DNA of 64,000 nucleotides from Eledone cirrhosa (GCA_964016885.1 OZ024746.1:40982001-41046000); one strand, 5' to 3'. Shown: positions 50,889 through 63,832, counted from the first letter of the stretch. The notes: generated by a model not told the origin, from the sequence alone. Program-made: numbers and translations.

Positions 50889-52179
50889 GTAAGTTATCTT
50901 TACTTTGCTTCTATTCTGCCTCTCAGCCCTCATTAAAAAAAAAAAAAAAAAATATTTGTTTATTTCTACATTTATTTATTATTGTTGTTGAGAGCTATTT
51001 TAAGGGTACATGTCTGTGGTTGTGCTAGTGACACAACAAAATAAGCACCCAGTCCACCCTGTAGATGGTCATGCTGATACCAAGATAAAAAAAAAGCACC
51101 CAGCCCTCCCTGTTAGATGGTTGTTTTGGTGCCACAATAAAGAGCACCCAGTCTACACTGTAATGTGGCTGGTGTTAGGAAGTGCATCCAGCTGTAAAAA
51201 CCAAGCTAGAAACATCATCATAATTTTTACATCCACTTTTCCATGCTGGCAAAAGTTGGATGGATGAATTGGCAGTTTCGTTGTTAAAACAACTGGAAAA
51301 CTCATCAGAACTGACTGGTTCAACAAACAAACAAACAACATACCTATGTTATCACTGTATCACAATACTATCAGTACATGAGATACTAGTACTATATTAT
51401 CATTATATGATAACAGTATTTATATGTCTAGTAGATTCTAATTATCAACAGTATATCTCAGATGATATGATATTGGATTAGCTATGGAGAAAATATAATG
51501 TATATACCTTATCTACACAAGGGTACAACAATAGGATATACACTAAGCTTATGTGTCTTACAAATTTATTTTTCATTATATATATTTAAATATAAGGGCA
51601 ATGGATCGGCAGTATTTGTAGAGTGTCAGACAAATACTTTTCAGTATTTAGTTATGACTTTGTACATTCTGAGTTCAAATCCTGACAAGATCAACTTTGC
51701 CTTTTATCTTTCCAAGGTTGATAAAATAAAGTACCAGTTAAGTACCGGGGTCAATATCGATTAATTGAATCAATCGACAATATCCCAGATCTCATTTGCT
51801 TACCGAATGGGGTGGAACTCATCAAATCCATTCAAGGAAACAATGCTTCCATTGGTCTTTTCCATTGCTGATACTATTTACTGGTTGCAACTCCTGGCAG
51901 AAAGAGCACCATGAAATAAAGTGTCTAGCTCAAAAACATAATGCAACCCAGTCCAGTAATCGAATTTGCAACTACATGATTACAAATCCCTAACCACTAA
52001 ACCATGTGCCATTAATGTAATAGACACAAATTGCTGACCTTGTGCCAATGTAACAAAGAAGAAGTATATTTTAAAATATAATGTATTATTTCAAGTATAT
52101 GTTTAGACTGGCCCAAGATAATAACTGCTGTTGTAATTGTGGTAAATACTCCTTTTAATCTTGTATTTTGTTGTTACAG

Positions 52180-52336
52180 GTCCGAGAAGCTGCTTACAAA
52201 ATCTTTTTGCAAACCAATAAGCACCAAAAGGAACTGCTGGATGCATTGCTAAATGCTCGATATGCATTGGCTCAATTAGTTGGATTTCCAACATATGCTC
52301 ACCGATCACTGAAAGGCACCTTGGCAGACAATCCTA
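52180..52336 (+). CDS. MIPEP: MIPEP coding exon 7
   Basis: VREAAYKIFL..LAQLVGFPTYAHRSLKGTLADNP; phase 0-1. Confidence 0.92.
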
Positions 52337-52732
52337 GTAATAACAAGTTATAACCTTTTTGATACACAGCCAGAGAAAACTGGCTCTGGTTCTATGAAAC
52401 AAAACCACCAATTTTAACGGGTTCCTATTTAAATTAAAGACTTCAAACAGAATTTTACATAAGAACCATATTTTAAGTTACTAATTTTGTAATGAAATAA
52501 TAATTTTAGTAAATCCCTCAAAATTTTTTATTAATTCATTGAAATAGAGTATTTTTCATTAGAAATATGGTTATGGAAAGATTTTTAAAATGTTTTTATT
52601 TTTCCTGGTTGGCAGTATTGGTAGTACGTTTAGCAACATGCTTTGCGGCATATAATAACGTCCCTTTATGTTCTGAGTTCAAATCCCGCCGAGGTTAGTT
52701 TTGCCTTTCATCCCTCCTAGTGCCAAGCTCAT

Positions 52733-53072
52733 TTACAGTGGGAACTAGGTGCTTTTTGTCATGATGCCTACACAACTACTTTACAGTGTGGACTGGGTGC
52801 TTTTTGCCATGACACCTACACGACCACTGTACAGTGTGGGCTAGGTGCGCTTTGCCGTGGCACCTATACGACCACTTTACAGTGTGGGCTGGGTGCTTTT
52901 TGCTGTGACACCTACATGACCCCTTTACAGTGTGGGCTGGGTGTTTTTTGCCGTAACACCTATATGACCACTTTACAGTGTGGGCTGGGTGCTTTTTGCC
53001 GTAACACCTACATGACTACTTTACAGTGAGGGCTGGATGCTTTTTGTCGTGATACCTACACGACCACTTTAC
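52733..53072 (-). repeat. 48-bp tandem repeat (~7 copies) derived from the RTE 3' UTR module
   Basis: TTACAGTG recurs every 48 bp; reverse complement matches GTGGTCGTG..GGTGCCACGGCAAAAAAGCACCCAGCCCACACTGTAAA at 63445-63493. Confidence 0.85.
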
Positions 53073-53530
53073 ATTTAGGGAAGAGGAAAGGAAAAGACTC
53101 TTAACTCCTGATGGAGTTGTTAGAAGTACTTGTAACTTAGTTTAACTATTCTACTTATTAAATTGTATTCATTTAATTACAATTTTAGTTTTTCTATGCA
53201 TCACATATAATTTGTTTTTTTTTATCATGAGAGTATGTATTAGATCATCAACATCATCGTTTAACATCCATCGTCTACGCTAGCATGGGTTGAACAGTAG
53301 ATAGTTTTATAAATGTAGATAATTGTATCTGATTTCTTGTGCATCAACATTGAAGTTTAGTTTAGCAACATTCAACTAATCAAATTGAAATAAATAGAGT
53401 AATGTACTTGAGACCAGTATATACTGTCTGTAAATGCGGTTTTAACTGCTCAATAAATCAGAGATTTTGTGTAATTATCATAATGTTTGTTTAATCTAAT
53501 CAGAAATGCATTTTTGCTTATCTGTTTCAG

Positions 53531-53579
53531 CTAATGTGATGAACTTTCTGGAAACTCTTGGCAAAGAAGTTTCAAAAAA
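53531..53579 (+). CDS. MIPEP: MIPEP coding exon 8
   Basis: TTTCAG acceptor; NVMNFLETLGKEVSK; phase 1-2; GTTAGT donor. Confidence 0.85.
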
Positions 53580-54230
53580 GTTAGTCTTTTCCTTATTTAT
53601 TGATCATACAATTATATAATATTTCCCTTTTCTCTCATTTATAGTCTTTTGCATTGCTACTTTCTTTTTCTTTGATTAATTTCTATTGATTTGTTTCATA
53701 TTCATTATATATTTCACCTATTTTTTTTTTACACAATATTGATGGCTATTGACTCACCTAAGTTCTTCTGCCCTTTGACAGGATTTGCTTTGCATCCCAC
53801 TGGTTGTCAAAAAACCACTCTCCTCAGGTTGTACTGAATTACATATTACCACTAGCACTAGAGAGCAACCTGGCAATATCAAACATAATATCAACAAGAA
53901 TAGCATAACTGATTTAAGATTACATTTTCACACCACATGCTAGCGTGGAAGATGGACATTAAACGATGATGATGACCACACATTAAACATACTAAATGTA
54001 AAAATTGAACCTTAATTCAGTTATGCTGTTTGTGTTACTGATGATTATAATGAAATGTTTATCCATAAACAATGAACAAATCTAAATTTTAGGGTAGTTA
54101 TATATTTGCAATCTTCACTGTTATCTTATCTGTAAAGTAACAATCCTGAATCTAACATTTTAAAGATAAGATTGTAGTTAAGAATTCAGAATTGATCTTA
54201 TCACCTATAAACTGGACAAGTTGCCTGTAT

Positions 54231-54340
54231 AAAAATAATAAAAATTATTATGTACAGTGTTCAGGTGCACTACAACTCATCAAAGGTGCATGTATAGTAG
54301 ATAGAAAAATGTACAAATGTCAGGAAAGGGAACAGTGTAT
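54231..54340 (-). mobile_element. Very short CR1-type 3' end fragment
   Basis: Matches 36323-36435 (TCAGGTGCACTACAACTCATCAAAGGTGCATG). Confidence 0.8.
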
Positions 54341-54419
54341 CTCAGATACTCTGTTACAGATGTTAAGTTAGCAGGAAACAAATAAATATATAAATACTAA
54401 CCATCAGTGTTATTGTTGT

Positions 54420-54630
54420 TGTCTAGCCCTAGATCAGTTATGATCTAACAGACATATGATCAAAGACATCCTAGCCACAATTATCTCATTATTTAGCTTT
54501 TCTTTTTGCCTGGGTGTATTGAGTATTTTGTTATTCATTGTTTCTTTCCATTTTAAGATGGCAGGGTGTGATTTGAGAGATTTAGTTGCTATTTCTAACA
54601 GATTAATCGACCAGTTAGAGGCTTCCTTAC
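54420..54630. repeat. Unclassified ~200-bp interspersed repeat (other copies ~10590-10790, 10810-10864/14749-14900, 16780-16870, 38980-39150)
   Basis: Shared motifs AGAC(C/A)TATGATCAAAG and GATTT..GCTATTTCTA. Confidence 0.55.
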
Positions 54631-55076
54631 TGTTTTGACTATTAGAGAGAAGGTTGCCTAATCAGAAGTAGGTGAGGAAGAAAAGTAGCTGATTATAAAT
54701 GTGTACATATTTTTTGTCTTTTTTCAAAACTAGAATTTGTTTCCATACGCTGATGCGTATGTGTATATGTGTGTGTGTGTATGCTCATACATTTATATGT
54801 ATGAGTATAAAAATATAAACGTGCAAACACAGACATGCTTCCCCTTCCTTCCTTTTACACACACACACATTCACGCAGGCAGCAGATGTAAAGAGAGAGT
54901 AGTGTGAGGTAGTCAAACTATTCCTCTCTCTTTACGTGTTGTGACAGAATTGCAGAAATTTATATATAGATGCCTAACAATTGTATGAAAAGAGCTTTAT
55001 ATTTTAGAGGAATCTTTTAAAAGTAGGAATGGACATTTTCAGGCTGTAAATTAATGATGCTGTTGTTTTATTCAAG

Positions 55077-55140
55077 GGCTGATGAAGATTACAGTGCTAT
55101 ATTAAAGTTGAAAATGCAATACTCTTCTAATCCTCAGTCA
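55077..55140 (+). CDS. MIPEP: MIPEP coding exon 9
   Basis: ADEDYSAILKLKMQYSSNPQS; phase 2-0; GTAAGT donor. Confidence 0.82.
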
Positions 55141-56117
55141 GTAAGTATTTTCCTTTTGTTGATAAAACACTTTCAGTTCAATCTTGTGAGGTGCTTGTGC
55201 TGGTGTCACAATGAAAAATATCCTGTTCACCATGTAAGGTGGTAGTGCTGGAGTCATGATAAAATACTCCCAGTACACACTGTAAAGTGGTTGGTGTTAA
55301 GAAGGGCATCTAGCTGTAGAAACCATGCTCCCAGAACACATTGTAAAATGGTTGGTGTTAGGAACAGCATTTAGCTCTAGAAACCATGCTCCTAGTATAT
55401 GCTGGCCACCATATCTGTATTATGGAAGATGCTGTTTTTAAACTTAAGACTTGTTTTTAAAAAAAATAGTGAGTTTGTTGAGGGAAATTTAGTTGCCACA
55501 TTATGCAGGCAGAATGGTCTATGTAGAAGTACATTCTCTGACTTATCCTAGAAAAGATTGATGTCATAAGATGGCTTTGATATCATTCCAAGTATTACTA
55601 TTTCACTATTATCATTATGGCTAAGGCAGAAAAACGGAAAAGTCATTGGAACATCAGATAGAATGCTTTGTGGTATTATTTGTCTCAGCTTTCTGTACTC
55701 TTGAGTTTAAATCCCAACTTTGCCTTTCACCCTTTTAAGATAAAAAACCAAGTGCCCGTCGAATACTGGGGTTGATTCTTCCTTTATATCTATTTCTCAC
55801 TTCCTCTCTACCATTCTCTCCTTTTCTAGAAAGAAAATTGGCTGTGATCAGACCTGGAGAGGAGATGGGCTCCTTCAGGTTTAAAATGCTAAAAAAATAT
55901 CATGTCACATCAGCACCCTTACAACTCCACCAGGCATTATGAGTCTATACTTACATACATCCATACATATCACCATCAATACTCTACTGTTGCCATTCCT
56001 ACATGCCATTCCTACATGGAAGAGCCCATCTCTCTCCAGGCCTGAGTACAGCAGATTTCTCCCAGAGAAAGATAGAAAGTGAGAGAGAGGAAATGAGAAA
56101 GATATAAAGGCAGAATC

Positions 56118-56272
56118 GATCCCAGTACTAGACTGGTACTTTTTTTTATCGACCTCGAAAGGATGAAAGGCAAAGTTGACCTCGGCGGGATTTGAACTCT
56201 GAGAGCAGAGAGTTGGAACCAATATCATAAAGCATTCTATCCGACTTTCTAATGACTCTGCCAATTCACTGC
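56118..56272 (-). mobile_element. tRNA-derived SINE
   Basis: Core GGATGAAAGGCAAAGTTGACCTCGGCGGGATTTGAACTC. Confidence 0.8.
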
Positions 56273-56343
56273 TTATAGGATGTATTTATATATAATTTTA
56301 TTGAACCTGTCATGGGAATCATAAACATTTTATTTTATTTCAG

Positions 56344-56399
56344 TGTACTGTGAAACCTTGGGATCCACCTTATTATACAGCACTTAGTAGACAAGATAG
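56344..56399 (+). CDS. MIPEP: MIPEP coding exon 10
   Basis: CTVKPWDPPYYTALSRQD, the conserved M3-peptidase PWD..YY motif; phase 0-2. Confidence 0.92.
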
Positions 56400-56548
56400 G
56401 TAAGAAATCTTGTTTAGATTGTTTACTGCTTCTTTGATGCTTAACAATAATCTATTTTTGCTGGCTTGAAACCAATCTAAGAGCGTTTTTTTTCTGATGA
56501 CTAAAATAGGTGTTTGAACTTATTTATTCTGTATTTTGTCAGTTTTAA

Positions 56549-56769
56549 CCCTTTAGCATTTACATTACTCTATATTTCCTATTGTATTTTTGTGGTAAAG
56601 GCTTTACTTTACCTAATTATGTCACATAATATTAAAGCTACAATATTTTGATGTTATTTATTTTGAGAACAGTACCTTAACATCAGTATGAGCAGTCAGT
56701 TATGGCTAGTTTAAACAGAAAGAGGTGAGAAAATTCTGGCTGGATACGGCCAGTTTAAATGCTAAAGGG
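56549..56769. mobile_element. piggyBac-type MITE, complete
   Basis: TTAA|CCCTTTAGCATTTA ... TAAATGCTAAAGGG|TTAA: perfect 14-bp TIRs and TTAA TSD. Confidence 0.88.
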
Positions 56770-57066
56770 TTAAACTATATGTCTTCATTAAAAATACATT
56801 TTCATTAAATTTTTCTAATTTTCAATTAACTTTTAAAAATTGATCCAATCATCAATAATTCTATATTATATGTACATTACATGCTTCATATTGTACATTT
56901 TTTTGTAAAGTTTCATTAGATTTTCTTAGGTAGGACATCCAGTCTATGAACTTTTCAGCCTACCCTCGTATTGTATTTGTCATATAGTTCTCTAAAAACC
57001 ACTTCTTTATCTTCACCAGTCTAGTAGAATGAACAACTGAGATATATTTCTATATCATTATTTCAG

Positions 57067-57220
57067 GTGTAATGTAAACAACTCTGAACTCTTTGCTTAC
57101 TTCTCTGTTGGATGCTGTATGGAAGGACTTAATAATTTATTTAAATGTTTATATGATGTTCATCTTCAGCCTGTTGAAGTAGAACATGGAGAAGTGTGGT
57201 CATATGATGTTTGTAAATTA
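57067..57220 (+). CDS. MIPEP: MIPEP coding exon 11
   Basis: YFSVGCCMEGLNNLF..GEVWSYDVCKL; phase 2-0. Confidence 0.93.
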
Positions 57221-57556
57221 GTAAGTATATATATATATAAATTTGAGTGACTTCTCTTCCTCACACAATGTGTGTGTGTATATGTTTGTGTGACTGTCTG
57301 TGTGTGTAAAAGGAAGGAAGGGGATGGTGAAAAAACTATAGCAAAACAGCGACTGGCATTCCATTTGCTATGCTGTGTGTGTATATGTATGTGTGTGTTT
57401 GTGTTATTGTATGTGTGTGTTTGTGTTATTGTATGTGTGTGTTTGTGTTATTGTATGTGTGTGTTTGTGTGAATGTATGTGTATTTGTGTGAATGTGTGT
57501 CTGTGAGTGTATTTTTGTAATTGTGTCTGTGTTTGCATGATTATAGTTCACTATGA

Positions 57557-57818
57557 GGTTCAGTGTTCTGACATCACCACTCACCACTTCTAAGTCCGTT
57601 TGATTCTAGGTTCAGTGTTATGATATCAGCTCTCACCAGTTTTAAGTCCCTTTGATTCTAGGTTTAGTGTTCTGATATCAGCTCTCACCACTTCTAAGTC
57701 CCTTTGATTCTAGGTTCAGTGTTCTGATATCAGCTCTCATCACTTCTAAGTCCCTTTGATTCTAGGTTCAGTGTTCTGATATCAGCTCTCACCAGTTCTA
57801 AGTTCCTTTGATTTTAGG
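57557..57818. repeat. 52-bp minisatellite, 5 copies
   Basis: GGTTCAGTGTTCTGATATCAGCTCTCACCACTTCTAAGTCCCTTTGATTCTA at 57557, 57609, 57661, 57713, 57765. Confidence 0.92.
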
Positions 57819-57909
57819 CTGTTTCTTCAGTTGAAATTTCTTCTATAGATCTACTGATTCAACTATAAGAACTAAATCTGTTATATAATCCACATTCCAT
57901 TTCTTCTAG

Positions 57910-57987
57910 GCTGTGGTGCATGGAACAGAAGGTGTGTTAGGTTACATATACTGTGATTTCTATGAAAGAATAGGAAAGCCAATTCAG
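57910..57987 (+). CDS. MIPEP: MIPEP coding exon 12
   Basis: AVVHGTEGVLGYIYCDFYERIGKPIQ; phase 0-0. Confidence 0.93.
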
Positions 57988-58176
57988 GTAAGTTAACGTT
58001 TTCATACAATTGTTTCTGATATCTTTGAACAGCATAATTTGGTCTTCTGCTTTTATCTATAAATCTGGAGCTTCATATCTAGAAAAATGGTTTGCTTATT
58101 CTCTGTTCTTTTTATTACATTAGTTGATAATTAATGCTTGATCTTTTATGTACATATAGATATATTTCATTTAATA

Positions 58177-58614
58177 CTAGCATAGTACCTGTCAAAAATG
58201 ACGGTTTATAGCAAAAAAAATGAATTCAATAATTCCTTGATTACAGCATTCTATGTAAAGATGCTTGAATCCTTGATTATCCTTGACTTTCTTCCTCTTG
58301 CCACTCTAGCTATTGTCCTATTTCATTTTACATTCATTTAAACCAAGTACAACAATTTTCTTCCTTATTTTCTTTAATCATTATCAAACATATATCCACT
58401 AAATTCTGATGACTTTCTTCTGTCTCTCTATCTATCTATCTATCTATCTGCTGTATGTAGACCTGGAGAGGAGATGGGCCCTGCCAGGTTTAAAAAAGGC
58501 CCTACAAATGCGGAATATCAATACAGCACCCCTACAACTCTTTTGGAAGTGACATAATTGTCCATAAACCCCAGGAAAATTTGAGCTTTTATAGTTAAGT
58601 TAGAAATCATTAGA
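58177..58614 (-). mobile_element. Possible non-autonomous Helitron
   Basis: CTAG|T end on the minus strand at 58176-58180 next to hairpin TGTCA-AAAA-TGACG; internal (ATCT)n; 5' TC end uncertain. Confidence 0.35.
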
Positions 58615-58698
58615 TCATTATTTTCCTTCCATGTCTGCACATGTTGCATTGCTTTCCAAATCCTCTCTTATTCTGACACTATTGTTTTCTATATTTAG

Positions 58699-58903
58699 GA
58701 TTGTCACTTTACTATACAAGGGGGCCGTTTAAAAGAAGATGGGACATACCAGCTGCCGATAGTTGTTCTACAGTTGAATTTCCCTCCCCCTCAAACAAGT
58801 GTTCCATCTCTGTTGAGTCCTGGTATGATGGAGAATTTATTCCATGAATTTGGTCATGCAATGCATTCAATGCTTGGTCGTACGAAATACCAGCATGTCA
58901 CTG
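58699..58903 (+). CDS. MIPEP: MIPEP coding exon 13 (catalytic HEXXH); gene continues beyond the window
   Basis: [42 protein letters not shown]; phase 0-1; GTAAGT donor. Confidence 0.95.
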
Positions 58904-58950
58904 GTAAGTTCTTTTGACAATTAAAAAAAAATCAATGAAGTATGTTATAT

Positions 58951-59876
58951 AAAAATAATAATAATAATAATGAAATTATTGTGTAAAGTGCTCAGGTGCA
59001 CTACAACGCGTCAAAGGTGCATGTATAGTACATAGAATAATACACAAATGTCAGGGAACTCAATAGTGTATGAGTTATGATATACATGTGTGTATGTGTA
59101 TGGAGGGGGAACGTTAGGTGTAGTGTTGGCGAATCTCAGGAAGCATGGAGGTTTTAAAGGATGTAGTGTCTCGACAGCTAACAACTGATGCAGGTAGTTT
59201 GTTCCATGCTTCAGCAACTCTGAGCGTGAAAAAATGTTTCCGAAAGTCATGGGAACTGTACTGTTGTCTGACTTTGTGGGCATGCCCACGTGTGTTAGAC
59301 ACATGTAAATCAAAAAGGTACTCAGGGTTGTTGTTGGCAAGATGGTTAACAATTTTGTGGGTGTTTACCAAGTCAGTTGCCAGGCGTCGGAGCTTCAATG
59401 TATCCATGCCCAGGGAAGCAAGGCGTTCAGAGTATGGTAGATGCCTGATGGAGGGTATTCGCTTGGTTACACGTATCTGAACAGTTTCCAGGCGGTCAAT
59501 GTTCTGAGCAAGATAGGGGTTCCAGACTGGTGATGCAAATTCTAAGTGTGGCCGCACCATAGCCATGTACAGCCTTAAATAGATAGCTGGAGAGCAGCTG
59601 ACAAAGGTCTTGCTGAGTGATGCTAAGACACACTCGGCTCTCTTGACAATTTTAGAGACGTGCTTCGTCCAACGCAAATCGCTGCTGACCGTAATGCCCA
59701 GGTCACGTTCACAAGAGGACTTCTTGATATTAGTGCTGTGGAGGGAGTATGTGGACGCTGGGTTTTTACTCCCAAAATGCATGGTGGTGCACTTGTCCAC
59801 AGCTAGCTTGAGTTGCCAGTCTGAGATCCATTGTTGCATTGTGTCCAGGTCAGACTGCAAGCAAGATCTATAGTGT
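58951..59876 (-). mobile_element. 5'-truncated CR1-type LINE
   Basis: ORF 59114-59884 is nearly identical to the C-terminus of 60088-62772; 3' UTR and (ATT)n tail. Confidence 0.92.
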
Positions 59877-59984
59877 GAGTTCATATCATTTGCATGTTAA
59901 AAATATAGTTTACCATCATCATTTAACATCTATCTTCCACGCTAGCATGGGTTTTACATTTGTATTTATTGATAGTTACAGTAT

Positions 59985-62775
59985 AAAATAATGAAATTAT
60001 TGTGTAAAGTGCTCAGGTGCACTACAACTCGTCAATATAGTACATAGAATAATACACAAATGCCAGGGAAGTACATGTTTGTATGTGTTAGCTGTAGTGT
60101 TGGCGGATCTCGGGAAGCATGGAGGCCTTAAAGGATGCAGTGTCTCGACAGCTAACAACTGATGCAGGTAGTTTGTTCCATGCTTCAGCAACTCTGAGCG
60201 TGAAAAAATGTTTCCGAAAGTCATGGGAACTGTGCTGTTTTCTTACTTTGTGGGCATGTCCACGTGTGTTAGACACATGGAAATCGAAAAGGCACTCAGG
60301 GTTGTTGTTGGCAACATGGTTAACAATTTTGTGGGTGTTTACCAAGTCAGTTGCCAGGCGTCGGAGCTTCAATGAATCCATGCCCAGGGAAGCAAGGCGC
60401 TCAGAGTATGGTAGATGCCTGATGCAGGGTATTCGCTTGGTTGCACGTCTCTGAACAGTTTCCAGGCGGTCAATGTCCTGAGCAAGATAGGGGTTCCAGA
60501 CTGGTGATGCAAATTCTAAGTGTGGTCGCACCATAGCTGTATACAGCCTTAAATAGATATCTGGAGAGCGGCTGACAAAGGTCTTGCTGAGTGATGCTAA
60601 GACACCCTCGGCCCTCTTGACAATTTTAGAGACGTGCCTCGTCCAACGCAAATCGCTGCTGACCGTAATGCCCAGGTCACGTTCACAGGAAGACTTCTTG
60701 ATATTAGTGCTGTGGAGGGAGTATGTGGACGCTGGGTTTTTACTCCCAAAATGCATGGTGGTGCACTTGTCCACAGCTAGCTTGAGTTGCCAGTTTGAGA
60801 TCCACTGTTGCATTGTGTCCAGGTCAGACTGCAAGCAAGATCTATAGTGTTCAGGATCTGTCCTTTTTATCTCAAGGTACAGCTTGATGTCGTCTGCGTA
60901 CTTTAGTACTGTGGCATTCCTTAAGTTGGCATCTATGTCATTAATATATGCCACAAACAAAAGGGGGCCAAGAACAGATCCCTGAGGTACACCAGATGAC
61001 ATCTCATATGGTGAGGAATGCTGTGCCAGAACCGTGACTACCTCTCTTCGACTGAGAATGAAGGACTTCAACCAGTTAAAAAGATCATCCTTCACACCCA
61101 TTGCAGAGAGTTTTGCCATAAGCCTTTTGTGTGGCACAGAATTGAAGGCCTTCGCAAAGTCAAGGTAAACAACATCCACCCATGAGCCGCCATCAGTGAT
61201 CCGGGTGATGTCCTCAAGAAACTCTATAAGTTGATCACAGCAGCTGGAGTTGGGGATAAATCCAAATTGCGAGGGCCGGATAAGACTGTGAGAGCTCCAG
61301 AAGTTCCAAAGTGTTTCTCTGACACAGGATTCCATCAGTTTGGCGATGCAACTAGTAAGACTGACTGGACGATAGTTCACAGGTGATGTGCGGTCACCCT
61401 TTTTGAACAGAGGAATTACACTGGCAGTTTTCCACTGTTCTGGAGTAGCACTGTTGTTCAGACAGAATTGGAAGAAGCGTGATAACTGGTGTAGAAGGAA
61501 GTACCCTCCACGTTTTGCAGGTGTAAATTCCATGGTTGTAATAGAGTCCGGTGTCATAGGTGGTGGAGATGGTACATTCTGGTCTTCAAAGGTGAAAATG
61601 CCTGCATAGCATTCAGCAATGAGCTCTGCGCATTCCTTGGGGTCGTCAGTAACCTGGCTTGTGTGGGGATTGCGAAGAGGACCAACTGGAGAGTGAGGCC
61701 TCTGCTTTGAGTGAACATACTTCCAGAACACCTTACTGTCAGGGCTGGTTGCTATGCGCTGCTCAAATTGAAGCACTGCCTTTTTTGTCACCTGTTTGAG
61801 GTGGTTGGACGATCTATTTCGCCTCTTCCCATTGATGTCTGATTTGTGCAGTTTGTACTCACGTTCAGCATTGCGCCGTTCTTTTCTGGCAAGACGGACT
61901 GCTGCAGTCTCCCAAATTGCACTTTTAGGATGTTTTTTCCGCTTACGTGGCACCGATGCTGCACATGCTGTCCATATTGAGCTCAGGATGTTCTGGAGTA
62001 CAGTGTTGACATCTCCAGAGTCATAGAACTCAAGCCAGTTTGGCCGTTGCAACTCGGTGCAGTAACAGTTCCAGTCTGCTTTATTCCAGTCAAAGTGAGC
62101 AGTTTGGAGATGGTTGTGGTTCTTGTTACTGCCCATGAGGGATAGATTGGCAATGATCATAGCATGATCAGAGTCACCTAAAGGTTCCTCAGCAGTAACA
62201 CTAATGACCGTTTCAGGAGTAGTGGTGAAGAGTAGGTCCAAAGTGTTGTCACCTCTCGTTGGGGAGGTGACCACCTGGGACCAACTCAAGTCCAGCACCA
62301 GCTCAAGGAAGTCATTTGCACTTGGCGGCCAACGAAAGGTCTCCCAGTCAATCTCAGGGTGATTGAAGTCACCTGCAATGAAAACATAAGTGGCTGTCTT
62401 CCTGGCAGCAGCTCTGAGGATATCACAAAGTTGAGTGTCCTGATGGTAATTTGGGGGACGGTAAACGACTCCAAGTAGCAGTGTTGACATGGTCATACGT
62501 ATATCGCAGAAAAAAACTTCCTGCTGTGATTGGTTCAAATCAGCACAAGGAATTGCCGACAGATTTGACCGAACGTAGACCATTACACCACCACCACGAC
62601 GATTAATACGGTCTTTACGAAACAGGTTGTAGCCAGTCATGCTGAAAACCCCATCACAGAGTAAGGGATGTGCCCAAGTTTCCGTGACTGTAATGAAGTC
62701 CGGGTTGATACTTTTGACGTAGGAGTCAAAAAGATGAATCTTATTGCATAGACTACGTGCATTCAAGGACAACAG
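59985..62775 (-). mobile_element. CR1-type LINE ORF2 (APE + RT), lacking ORF1, with an apparent internal in-frame deletion
   Basis: 894-aa ORF: NARSL, VTETW, GGGV, YRPP, GDFNHP, SDH; RT LDFAKAF, QGSVLGP, YADD; the usual K(S/A)PGPDG segment is absent near 61500-61530. Confidence 0.92.
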
Positions 62776-63173
62776 TTATGAAATATATCATCATATTCAT
62801 CCTCATTTAATCTTCCCCTGCTAGCAGAGGTTGGACCAAAATTAAAATTCACAGACTGAATCAGTACTGAAGTGGGGCGACTGACCTCCCAGACAGACTG
62901 GATGTTCACATCACACATATGGTTCCACATTCTACTGAGTGTATTTTATCGTGGCACCAGCACTAAAAAGGTTGTCATGTCTTTGACACAACTGAAGGGT
63001 CTTCCCAACCCTTTGTTTAGCAAGCTTGCTATGGTGGGATGCCCTTCTTATCACCAACCACTTTACAATGTGTACTGGGTGCATTTATCATGTAGATCAC
63101 CAACACTAGAGAGGTTGTCATGCCCTTGACACAACTGAAGAGTTATCCCAACCATTGAAATATATATATATAT

Positions 63174-63709
63174 ATGCGCTGGTATGGACATGTGATGCGT
63201 ATGAAGGATGACAGCTGCATAAAAAGGTGCAGAGCACTAGAAGTTGATGGAAACCGCGGAGTGGGGAGACCTAAGATGACCTGGGATGAGGTGATAAAAG
63301 CCGACCATACCCAATTACACCTCTCAAAAGCAATGACACACGACCGTGACTTCTGGCGTCACGCAGTAATACAGAGTACCCGACCTCCCATGGGTACAAG
63401 CTGAAGCATATAGACAATATGCCCCCACACCCCCCCACCGCAAGGTGGTCGTGGAGGTGCCACGGCAAAAAAGCACCCAGCCCACACTGTAAAGTGGACG
63501 TGTAGGCGCCACGAAAAAGCACCCAGCACTCACTGTAAATGAGGTTGGTGTTAGGAAGGGCATCCAACTGTAGAAATCAAGCCAAATCAGTTCCTGTATG
63601 AGCAAGGCATGGTCAGCCGACCAGACACTGCCCACAACAGGACAACCCGTCTAACCCATGCTAGCGTGGAAGAACGGACGTAAAACGGTGATGATGATGA
63701 TGATGATGA
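63174..63709 (+). mobile_element. RTE 3' fragment with 3' UTR and (GAT)n tail, next to a (TA)n tract
   Basis: RWYGHVMRMKDDSCIKRC..GRPKMTWDEVIK; GGAAGGGCATCC motif; tail ~63690-63709. Confidence 0.9.
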
Positions 63710-63832
63710 TATACATACATATATAAGGTGACTAAAAATACTGGCCTCATTTTTATTTTCATCTGCATTCATTTTTTGACAAAAACTGGTCAAACTCTGA
63801 ATATATTTAGTTCAAACCATTAAAAACAACAC

